Origin: Octopus sinensis
Lineage: Eukaryota
Length of the DNA: 12,150 nucleotides
Assembly (NCBI RefSeq): GCF_006345805.1
Contig: NW_021826601.1
Location: 1-12,150, forward strand
Reading direction: 5' to 3'
This document shows positions 1 to 8,420 of the stretch, piece after piece. The stretch's first letter is position 1. Every line of letters begins with the position of its first letter. The notes under the pieces were generated by a model. That model made no database searches. It was not told where the DNA came from and saw only the letters and a list, made by a program, of their open reading frames with translations. The position numbers were made by a program, and so were the translations under genes.

Positions 1-68
1 AACTGGAGTCCATGTAATCGACTAGTCTGCTACTCCCAATTTCAGTCCTTGTGCCTATAGTATAAAGG
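1..68 (+). mobile_element. 3' end of a SINE (cut by the window edge) ending in an (ATT)n tail
   Basis: GGAGTCCATGTAATCGACTA (5-24) matches the GGGGTCGATTTGCTCGACTA hairpin motif in the 3' part of the SINE at 5451-5855. It is followed by CCTTGTGCCTATAGTATAAAGG running into (ATT)n, which resembles octopus SINE 3' ends as I recall them (not verified by search). Confidence 0.55.
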
Positions 69-92
69 ATTATTATTATATTATTATTATTA

Positions 93-124
<32 letters not shown>

Positions 125-132
125 TTATTATT
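69..132. repeat. (TTA)n/(TAA)n microsatellite
   Basis: Directly visible imperfect ATT/TTA array. Confidence 0.95.
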
Positions 133-666
133 GAGTGAGAGAGCGGTACATGTCATCAAGGTGACACTGGGGTAAAATATATGAAGCCGAATATACCCAT
201 CATGACTACCCGTTTGTTAAGTGTACACCAGGCATAAACACCATAACCATATGTGCACGACATGGTAATCTCATCAAGATAAACAGCACATAGCCTTGCA
301 AGTGGAGACCAGTTGGAATTTTCCTCAGGTCGATTAGCCCATCCCAATCAAAAGGCCCTTGAATAGGGTTGTTTAAGGATGTTGAACGGAAAACCCATGT
401 TTTCAGAGGTGAATTATTCAAACTCCAAAGAATTCCTCTCAACACATGGCTATGATGCTCCTCAACTACATTTGCTCGTGATCAGAGATGCACATATCGT
501 CAGCCACTAAGGGACATGCTCAACTGGTTATGGTCAAACAACTGACAAGCAAATCTGTGGTATTGAGCAGAATATTTGCTGTAGCCCATCTTTTATACTA
601 AGGCAAACATGTACGTGATAACACTTCCAATCAGTTAAGAGAAGCCATGAAAGTCACTGCCTGGTA
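133..666 (-). mobile_element. Unclassified non-autonomous retroposon-like insert with a (TAA)n tail
   Basis: Complex, less AT-rich segment with no recognisable ORF. On the minus strand it ends CTCTCTCACTC-(AAT)n. It sits where the second LINE copy has only its (TAA)n tail, so it is extra to the LINE. No clear Pol III A/B boxes. Confidence 0.5.
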
Positions 667-761
667 ATAGTCTTATTTTCTTCACCTGCTTTCACTTCAC
701 TACTGAGCGCAGCTCTGTGTGCTTTGGGTAGGTGCTGTGATTTGTTGTGGTGCCTTTATTT

Positions 762-3700
762 TCACTGTATTGAAAGTGTTTTACGTAGGATGTACCCGAT
801 GCCTAGTAGTGCTAATTTCTGTATGTTATACATGCTTGAAAGTCTTGGTGCTTTTGTTATGTATTTGTCTGAATGTTTTTTTTTATAATACCTAACGCGC
901 TTACTATAATAAGAATTGGTTGATTTTTAGGTTCCACATTCGAGTTACCATTGTTTCCAGATGTTTGGAATTTGAAAGTTTCTTTTAGAGAAACGTTGTC
1001 ATCTCCTCGTATCGATACATCAATTAGAAAGCATTTTTTTTCCTTGGTGATCTCTCACTACTCAACTATATCCGGTCTATTAGCCTTTATTTTTGTATTG
1101 ACATATCCCAGAGTATGGTTACTTTCTCATCTTCTGTGACCTTTTCTGGTGAGTGCCTATACCATCTTTTTCTGTTTTTATTCCGCTGTTTTGGCATAAC
1201 TTCCAGTGTATGTAGGTCCCAACTCTGTCGTGTCTGTGAATATATTCTTTCTTAGCCAGGGCTGGACAGCCAGAGACAATATGATTTATTATTTCTTCTC
1301 TATTACCACAAATTCTGCAGTTACTTGTTATATTTCTTTTCATTACATGTTTTTGGTAATTTCTGGTAGAAAGGCTTTGGTCTTGTGCTGCATTTAAAAA
1401 AAACCTTCAGTTTCTGCTTTGAGGCCTGTGATTCTCAGCCATTGTTGGGATTTTGCTTTGTCTATTTCTTTTGTTTAGCTTAACCCAATATTTGCCACAT
1501 AGGGGCATTTCTTGTCATCGTTTTATCATGACCCGTTGCTGTTCTAGTTTTAGTTTGGATTTCAGTTGTTTTATAGCTTTTGTTGTTTCTTCTTTTTCTT
1601 CATAGTTGTTAGTTACTATGACTTCTTTTTTTTGTATTTGTCAACTTCCTTAAAAATAGAAAACAGCTATTTGATTGCTTGTGTTTTTTGACTATTTGCA
1701 TTAGTTTTCCTTGCTTTCTAAGTCAAATTTTGTGTGGTGCATCCTGAATCCTGTTATTATTATTCTTGTCTATTTTGATTAGTTCATTTAGAGTCCAGTT
1801 TTGAATATTGTGGCTGTTACATATAACTGGGATGGCTAGAGTGTTGATATCTATTATCTTGTTTTTCGCATTGAGCTCTCTTCTCAGTATTAATCTAACT
1901 CGTCTATAATACTCCTTTCTTATTTTATCTTTCATTTGTGTGTGTTGCATCGTATCTAGTTACTGATTCCTAAGTATCTGTATGCCTGGCGTTGATCTAA
2001 TTCTCTTATTTCATTTGCTTTATCTGGTGTGATATTGTTACTCTTAACTAATGTTCCTCTTTTCAAGATTGCTTTCACACATTTTTCTAAACCAAATTTC
2101 TTTCATAAATCCATGTACTGCCTATAGTAATGTTCCTAGCTGTTTTTCATTTGAAGAATACAGTTTTAGATCATCCATATAAAGAGATGGTTGATTGTTT
2201 TGCCGTGACAGTTGTATCTGCATCCAGTTCTGTTCAACATGTCAGATAAAGGTGCCAGTAATGGGAATGGTTTTGGTTTCTATGAGTCCCTCTTTTATCT
2301 GAAGCTGTAGCACTGTCTGCTATTTATTCATGGAATGTTTTATATATTTTATGACCATTGGTGCTACTTTGTTCATGGCTAGTATTTCTAGGATCTATGT
2401 GTGGGGAATACTATCAAACGCCTTTCAATAATCGATCCAGGCCATACTTAGATCCTTCTTCTTTCTGTGGCTGTCTTCAGTTATGGATTTATTGATCACT
2501 AGCTGATCTTTACAGCCGTATGAGCCCTTGCAGCATCCTTTCTGCTCTTCTGGAAACAGGTTGTTTTCTTCCAGGTTCTTGCTCAATCTTTATGATATTA
2601 TTGCAATAAAGTATTTGTACATTGTAGGGAGACAATGTATTGTTCTATAATTTTAGGGATTTGCCGTTTCAGTGGATTTGGGAATTAGGATAGTTTTCCT
2701 TTTCGTGAGCCATTCACTTCTCTTACTCCGCTAGTATGTCATTAAATTTCTCAGCCAGCGTTTTATGTATTCCAGTTAGGTATTCTGACCAGAAGTTGGG
2801 GATCTTGTCGTGCCCGGGTGCCTCCCAGTTGCTTAGTTTCTGCAGTGCCTGGGTGACTACTTCAGTTGTTATAGGTGCCCCGTGTTGTTCAGGTGCTGTG
2901 TTTGTTGTTTTGATAGGTCTTTTCTGGGGTTGATCCTGCGCCGACCATATTTCTTTACAAAATTCTTCAACTTCTGTTGTTGGTGCTGTATTGATCTCTA
3001 TTTCATTTTTGCCAAGTTCTTGGTAGAATATTTTTAATTGGATTTGAACTGTTTGTTTTGCTCAAAGAAACGTTGGTGTTTCTCATACCGGCGGATTCTT
3101 TGTGCTTTGGCAAGGATATTTTGCTTTAGCTGTTTTTTGTTTGTTTGTGTTTTTTTTTTACCTCAGGTATACCTTTTTCTGTAATTTTGTATTTACGTAG
3201 TATTTTTGTTCTCTGCTTGTTGCTTAGTAGTGTTGATTGTCTACAAGTTTCATGACAAGTTGATAGATCCTTTATTCTATTTTCTATTTTTCTAGATATC
3301 ATTTATCCACAGGGTTTGTTTGGGTTGTGCTACTCCTGTTTGGATGGGTTTTAGAAGGTATCCAGCTTCTTTTGTGACCACAGACGCTGCTGTATATATT
3401 ATATAATTTAACCCAGTCATATTCACATTTGTTTTTGTGTCTATCAGTTCTGTGACGAACAGGTTCATGATATTTATTATTGGTGTTGTTTTATTATCAG
3501 ATTTTATTTTTGAGAGGTATAATCGGTGATCCATACTGAGATCTGTGGCTTCGATTTCTTTGATTATACTCATTCTAGAGTATCATTATCATTAGTTTCA
3601 CCTTCACTGCTTCTATGTTTTATATTTGTTTCATATTCCCCCACCGTTCATATTTTTTGTCTGTGGTGTTCTGGTTTGGTGCATTTTGCTCATCGTTATA

Positions 3701-3990
3701 CATTCCTACGATTTGGGTTTGTTGTCTTTTGTTATTTACTTCGTTTTTGTTGGAAATGTTACGTCTGTCTTCGCATTTTATAGTCCCAATACTTATGATA
3801 TTATTTGGCATTGCTGTGTGGTAACTATCTACATTTTCCTGGCGTATTTTCTCTTTTTATTGCTGCGGGACACTAGGATTAACGTCCGGTCCTTTATTTT
3901 TCTGGTGTTAAATACTTTTGCATGCGTATTTTCCCTACTTTTTGTGTAATAAGTTTAAATAAATACTTCTCGCTTGTTATCTTTAGGTTG
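762..3990 (-). pseudogene. Disrupted single ORF: reverse transcriptase, CCHC zinc knuckle and restriction-like endonuclease
   Basis: Motifs as listed for the element. Many in-frame stops at Trp/Arg positions (TAG, TGA), several frameshifts, and loss of the QGxxLSP motif near 2258. Supplied ORFs 1119-1343, 1723-1950, 3292-3573 and 3620-3811 are fragments of it. The start position is approximate. Confidence 0.88.
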
Positions 3991-4075
3991 AATAATGCTG
4001 GTATTATTTAATTTCTTTTTCTGTTTCTTTTTCTTTTCTTTTGTATGTTTGGGGATGGAAACGGTCTGATTTTGA

Positions 4076-4121
4076 TTTCAACTGTAATGTGGCGAGCCTG
4101 TTTCAACCGTAATGTGGCGAG
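4076..4121. repeat. Tandem duplication (21-bp unit, 25-bp period) in the putative LINE 5' UTR
   Basis: TTTCAACTGTAATGTGGCGAG (4076-4096) and TTTCAACCGTAATGTGGCGAG (4101-4121), one mismatch. Confidence 0.9.
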
Positions 4122-4303
4122 TGATGGAGATGATACACAGTTAAAATAAATCATTTCATTTCGAAATTAGAAATAAATTTGAATGAGTATTATTTACTCG
4201 GATATAGCCCAACACTTTATCAGTCATTTTTAGGTTGTATTTATTGTCTTTATTCCCGATGTTTTGGATAGATTTCGGGACGGTGCTTAATCGCTCTCAC
4301 AAT

Positions 4304-4346
4304 TTAAACGTCCACGGTGTTCTCTGTTAAACGTCCCCGGTGTTCT
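4304..4346. repeat. Tandem duplication (20-bp unit, 23-bp period) at the LINE 5' junction
   Basis: TTAAACGTCCACGGTGTTCT (4304-4323) and TTAAACGTCCCCGGTGTTCT (4327-4346), one mismatch. Confidence 0.9.
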
Positions 4347-4383
4347 ATTATTATTATTTTATATTATTATTATTTTATTATTA

Positions 4384-4475
<92 letters not shown>

Positions 4476-4495
4476 ATTATATTATTATTATTATT
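4347..4495. repeat. Compound microsatellite (TTA)n-(CAT)15-(TTA)n
   Basis: Directly visible; the CAT block spans 4431-4475. Confidence 0.95.
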
Positions 4496-4922
4496 CAGTA
4501 GTTTATTTTTTTAGCGTGCTTTCACTTCACTACCGAGCGCAGCTCTGTGTGCCTGGGTATGTGCTGTGATTTGTTGTGATGCTCTGATGGTTATTGTATG
4601 GAAAGTGTTCTGCGTAGGATGTGTGCAGTGCCTAGTAGTGCAATTTCTGTATGTTATATGTGTTTGTAAGTCCTGGTGTTTTTGTTATGTATTTGTCTGA
4701 ATATTTTTTTATCATGCCTAATGCACCTACTATGATAGGAATTGTTTCGTTTTTAGATTCCACATTCTGGTTACCTCTATTTCCAGGTCTTTGTATTTTG
4801 AGAGTTTCTCCATTTCTTTTAGAGACAGTTGTCATCTGCCGGTATTGATACATCATTAGAAAGCATTTTTTTCTTCATGATCTCTGACAACTATATCTGG
4901 TCTGTTGGCCTTAATTTCTCTA
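4496..4922 (-). mobile_element. 5'-truncated second copy of the R4/Dong-like retrotransposon (endonuclease C-terminus plus 3' UTR)
   Basis: Aligns by eye with 667-1090. Reads EIKANRPDIVVRDHEEKKCFL.DVSIPADDN..LKEMEKLSKYKDLEIEVTRMW..TIPIIVGALGMIKK..IQK.ALLGTAHILRRTLSIQ* (stop at 4593-4591), then ~95 bp of 3' UTR and (TAA)n. Flanked by TAA arrays on both sides. Confidence 0.9.
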
Positions 4923-4961
<39 letters not shown>

Positions 4962-4980
4962 CATTATTATTATTATTATT

Positions 4981-5012
<32 letters not shown>

Positions 5013-5065
5013 ATCTCATCATCATCATTCATTATTATTATTATTATTATTATTATATTATATAT
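4923..5065. repeat. Compound microsatellite (TTA)n-(CAT)n-(TTA)n
   Basis: Directly visible; CAT blocks at ~4983-5028. Confidence 0.95.
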
Positions 5066-5450
5066 TACATTGATATACTAATATGTACTCATGTGGCACT
5101 TTATGGCGCTACTCTTAGCTGTAGGATTCCTCAATATGTCAGATGACAGATGCATGTCCATTACGGAGTCGTAGCGGCATAAGTTCTCACCCAAGTAAAT
5201 ATCATTACACTTATATTTATTCACTTTAAGCAACCAAATTGTCGAGGTGAGATTGTTTCTGCCAGTAATTCCGAGGCAATTTGACAATATCAGACGCTCA
5301 GAAATCGTGTAGGCAAGGTTATACATTGACATTCAAGAATATATAGAAATAATCATACCAAAGTAACAATGATGCTAATGTTTATGGAGTGGTGGAGGTG
5401 GAGAAAAAAAGGAAACGGAAGAAGGTCTAACAATAAATAGTATCATTTCA

Positions 5451-5855
5451 TACTCTTTTACTCTTTTACTTGTTTCAGTCATTTGACTGCGGCCATGCTG
5501 GAGTACTGCCTTTAGTCGAGCAAATCGACCCCGGGACTTATTCTTTTGTAAGCCGAGTAATTATTCTATCGGTCTCTTTTGCCGAACCGCTAAGTGACGG
5601 GGACGTAAACACACCAGCATCGGTTGTCAAGCAATGCTAGGGGGACAAACACAGACACACAAACACACACATATATATATATACATATATACGACAGACT
5701 TCTTTCAGTTTCCGTCTAACAAATCCACTCACAAGGTATTGGTCGGCCCGGGGCTATAGCAGAAGACACTTACCCAAGGTGCCACGCAATGGGACTGAAC
5801 CCGGAACCATGTGGTTGGTTAGCAAGCCACTTACCACACAGCCACTCCTGCGCCT
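5451..5855 (-). mobile_element. tRNA-derived SINE, apparently complete, with an internal (TA)/(TG) tract and a (GTAAAAGA)n tail
   Basis: The minus strand starts AGGCGCAGGAGTGGCTGTGTGGTAAG (A-box-like) and has GGTTCAGTCCC (B-box-like), a CACCTTGGGTAAG core-like motif, an internal microsatellite, a GTCGA..TCGAC hairpin and a tandem GTAAAAGA tail. A second copy lies at 7821-8147. Confidence 0.85.
5791..5844 (-). promoter_or_regulatory. Internal Pol III type-2 promoter remnants of the SINE
   Basis: A-box-like TGGCTGTGTGG (5844-5834) and B-box-like GGTTCAGTCCC (5801-5791) at tRNA-like spacing; equivalents at 8136-8126 and 8093-8083. Confidence 0.6.
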
Positions 5856-7034
5856 ATATTGTTGATTAAAAAAATATAAATAAGATAATATTAAAGAAAA
5901 AACTTATTTAAAGTACAATATTTGAAGCACATATACATGTATTCAAATGTAAAAGTAACTTGTATATTTCAATAAAGCCATTTCGTAAAAATGATTTGTT
6001 TTACGTTTTTCTCTGAAATATCTCAGTTCATGCGGAGATGTAAATACTATTGATGTTCTCTAGTCAATTGCTGCACAACTAAAAGAAAGAAAGAAAAAGA
6101 CAATTCTAGTCATGGATTAACTGGTAATTAAATTATAGTGAAAAGACTAAGTGCGAATCAGCAGACAAAGAATTTTTAATATTGATAGTTACAGAAGACA
6201 ACATTAACGAATAAATTAATTTAAATTAAAGAGTTTGTCAACAATGCTATGACAACGGTAGATTCCAAAATAAAGAAAGAAAAAAAGTATTTCATTAAGT
6301 TTACGGTTAATTTATAACAGATATTGTCTGGTTATTTATATAAAAAGCACGGATTTTATTCTAATTCTTCAAAAAGAAAAAAACTGAGTAAGAATTTATT
6401 TCTACATAACATTCAAAATATTACCACCAACTTAAATTATCTAATTATCATAATTAATTTTCTTTGGTTAATTCTTTGTAATTATACAGGCCAAAACACT
6501 CATTTTCTACTTGAAAAACCTTGTTTCCTTAGCAAAGCAGATTTGAAGAGGCTACGTTTACTGAAGAGATATAATATAGTTTAAGCATTTCATAGTTATC
6601 TACATATCTGTCAACAAAGATCTGATTTATTTCAACTTAAATCATATTTGGATTGTTATATATTTGTTGGAGATAAGAAAGTCTGTATTATTTTTTAATT
6701 CGTTTCAGCAAAACAAAGGACCCGGTGTTTTACTTGGAGCCTACAACTCATAAACAATCTAAAATTTAGGGAACAATTAATATTGCATTTATTTAGTGGA
6801 TTGCTTCAAATGGGCCTTTTAAGACTGCTGCGATAAATAGGTTACTACTAACTAAATTATTGGCTTCAATGCAGATGGTGTCTAAGGGTAATTTAGTTAA
6901 GTAGACCGTTTACAAATGTACACCATTAAACATTTTCTATGATTCCTTTAGTTCATTCCACTAAAGAGGAAAGGTCTTACGCAGAATGTAAGACAAGAAT
7001 GCTTGCTGCTGTGAGACAGTTGTTACCTTTAATT

Positions 7035-7594
7035 CAGGGGTCGGTGAACTGGAATAAATTACCCCGAGTGGGGTAAAATTGGGAGTAATGAGAACTCATT
7101 AGACTTAAGTAAAATTATATATATAAAAAAAAACTTGTTCGTTGTTACGACAGAAATATTTCTTGTGGCTCTGAGGAGAGAGTCAAAAAGTTGCTGCCTT
7201 TTGCAACAACCTACCTTTGCAAACAAGGATTTTCCACTCTAATGAACATAAAAACAAAGTAGAATAATCGATTGGATCCCGATGACTGTATCCGAAATGT
7301 TTTGATGTAATTGTAAAAAAAAAAAAAAAATGAAACATCATTTCACCAAAACCTGAAGTGAAAAAGTTCCTAGCAAAATCCTTTTGTTTCATAATGAGTC
7401 TATTAATTTTACTTTATCGCATGTGTTTTATAATTTTTATATTGATAATTGTATTCTCTATATAAACGGATTCGATAAACCTTTTGATTTCAAAGTGTCT
7501 ATGATTTTTTTCCTTTCAAATTAAGAGGACGGGTAGCGTCGGCGCAAATAATTAAATTTTAGGGTAATTGGTTAAAAATGTTCCTTGGCCCTTG
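7035..7594 (+). mobile_element. Non-autonomous hAT DNA transposon (Buster/Charlie-like deletion derivative)
   Basis: Left end CAGGGGTCGGTGAAC (7035-7049). Right end GTTCCTTGGCCCTTG (7580-7594) matches its reverse complement at 10/15. A subterminal GGGTAATT is mirrored at both ends. The 8-bp flanks CTTTAATT (7027-7034) and CTTTGATT (7595-7602) match at 7/8, and the left one fits the NNNTANNN Buster pattern. An internal transposase fragment is present. Confidence 0.8.
7179..7310 (+). pseudogene. hAT transposase C-terminal dimerisation-domain fragment
   Basis: One frame reads RVKKLLPFATTYLCKQGFSTLMNIKTK*NNRLDPDDCIRNVLM*, matching the LLPFxTTYLCExGFSxLxxIKTKxRNRL motif of Buster/Charlie (ZBED5/SCAND3-like) transposases. 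It has one in-frame TAG at 7260-7262. Confidence 0.82.
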
Positions 7595-7820
7595 CTTTGA
7601 TTCGATACCTCTAGCAATTCTAACTTTATAACTGTCTCCACAACGAAAAATACTACCACCAAGTTCTCGAACAAACCGTATGTGGTAGCTTGTCATGCTA
7701 GAAATTGCGTTGAACCTTTCCAAAAGCAACACCTTACAGTCTTAGAAAGAGAAGAAAACAATAAATGATGTGGCTAGTACTGGAAATGAATGGTAGTATG
7801 GGGGATTGTGAAGAATACTA

Positions 7821-7903
7821 TACTCTTTTACCGAACCGCTAAGTTACAGGAAAGTAAACACACCATCATTGGTTGTCAAGCGATGCTGAGGGGGACAAAC
7901 ACA

Positions 7904-7973
<70 letters not shown>

Positions 7974-8147
7974 TACATATATACGACGGGCTTCTTTTAG
8001 TTTCCGTCTACCAAATCCACTCACAAGGCTTTGGTCGGCCCGAGGCAATAGCAGAGGACACTTGCCCAAGGTGCCACGCAGTGGGACTGAACCCGGAACC
8101 ATGTGGTTGGTAAGCAAGCTACATACCACACAACCACTCCTGCGCCT
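7821..8147 (-). mobile_element. Second copy of the tRNA-derived SINE, lacking most of the 3' module
   Basis: Colinear with 5576-5855, with an expanded internal (CA)n(TA)n tract. The ~125-bp 3' portion is missing. Confidence 0.85.
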
Positions 8148-8254
8148 ATGATTGTTTTTTCCTTCTTATTCAAGTGTGGAATAGGTAGTGGTGTAAGTGG
8201 TGTTAGTGGAGATATTAGTGGCATCTGTGATTTGAGAGGTAGTGCAGAACTAAC

Positions 8255-8312
8255 GCCACCGCCACCACTATCATCACTACCATTACCATCCAATCATCAC
8301 CATCACCATCAC

Positions 8313-8368
<56 letters not shown>

Positions 8369-8420
8369 GCAGCATCTGTGTCGTCATCAGCATAGACCAC
8401 GTCATCGTCGGCATCGTCAG
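8255..8420. repeat. Trinucleotide low-complexity block, C/A-rich on plus: (CCA)/(CAT)n/(CAG)n
   Basis: Directly visible. Confidence 0.9.

Larger units (their letters stand above)
667..4346 (-). mobile_element. Near-full-length, decayed non-LTR retrotransposon of the R4/Dong (RLE-type, R2 group) clade
   Basis: Minus-strand translation across stops and frameshifts gives, in order: NWEAPGHDKIPNFW (~2830-2790), NYRTIHCLPTMYK, EQKGCCKGSYGCKDQL, AWIDY*KAFDSIPH (~2442-2401), YMDDLKLY (YMDD at 2181-2170), FGLEKC, YRYLG, EYYRRVRLILRRELNAKNKI, WLRITGLKAETEG/AAQDQSLSTRNY, the CX2CX8HX4C knuckle CRICGNREEIINHIVSGC (1319-1266), ILWD, ANRPDIV (~1084-1064) and IQKLALLG..ILRK (stop at 764-762). There is no APE domain. 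The 5' boundary is placed where (TAA)n begins at 4347. Confidence 0.9.

Noticed and set aside
951-3949. Plus-strand ORFs (951-1139, 1206-1397, 2736-2933, 3526-3783, 3615-3824, 3626-3949), and similarly 4651-4848
   Set aside because: These are antisense shadows of the minus-strand retrotransposon ORF.
4200-4346. HDV-like ribozyme at the LINE 5' end, as found in R2 elements
   Set aside because: GGGACG can pair with CGTCCC and CCCGA with TCGGG, but I could not build the P3/L3, P1.1 and J4/2 topology by eye. A covariance-model or RNArobo search would be needed.
4076-4346. CRISPR-like repeat-spacer array
   Set aside because: These are two unrelated two-unit duplications with only 3-4 bp between units, in eukaryotic retroelement context.
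5078-5332. 84-aa minus-strand ORF in unique sequence
   Set aside because: No recognisable motif or splice context, and the length is within chance expectation.
5791-5855. tRNA gene (also at 8083-8147)
   Set aside because: Only degenerate A/B boxes, no cloverleaf that I could fold, and continuous with SINE body sequence.
6500-6765. Ulp1/adenain-like protease hints (FLSKADLKRL; NHIWIVIYLLEIRKSVLFFNSF; QQNKGPGVLL)
   Set aside because: The motifs lie in different frames, are spaced far too closely for a C48/C5 fold, and lack the HW dyad and catalytic Cys. This is compatible with chance in AT-rich DNA; a tBLASTx or HMM search would settle it.
6020-6770. Host-gene exons suggested by AG/GT sites (acceptors near 6026, 6320, 6489, 6708)
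   Set aside because: I found no consistent stop-free spliced frame or recognisable protein.
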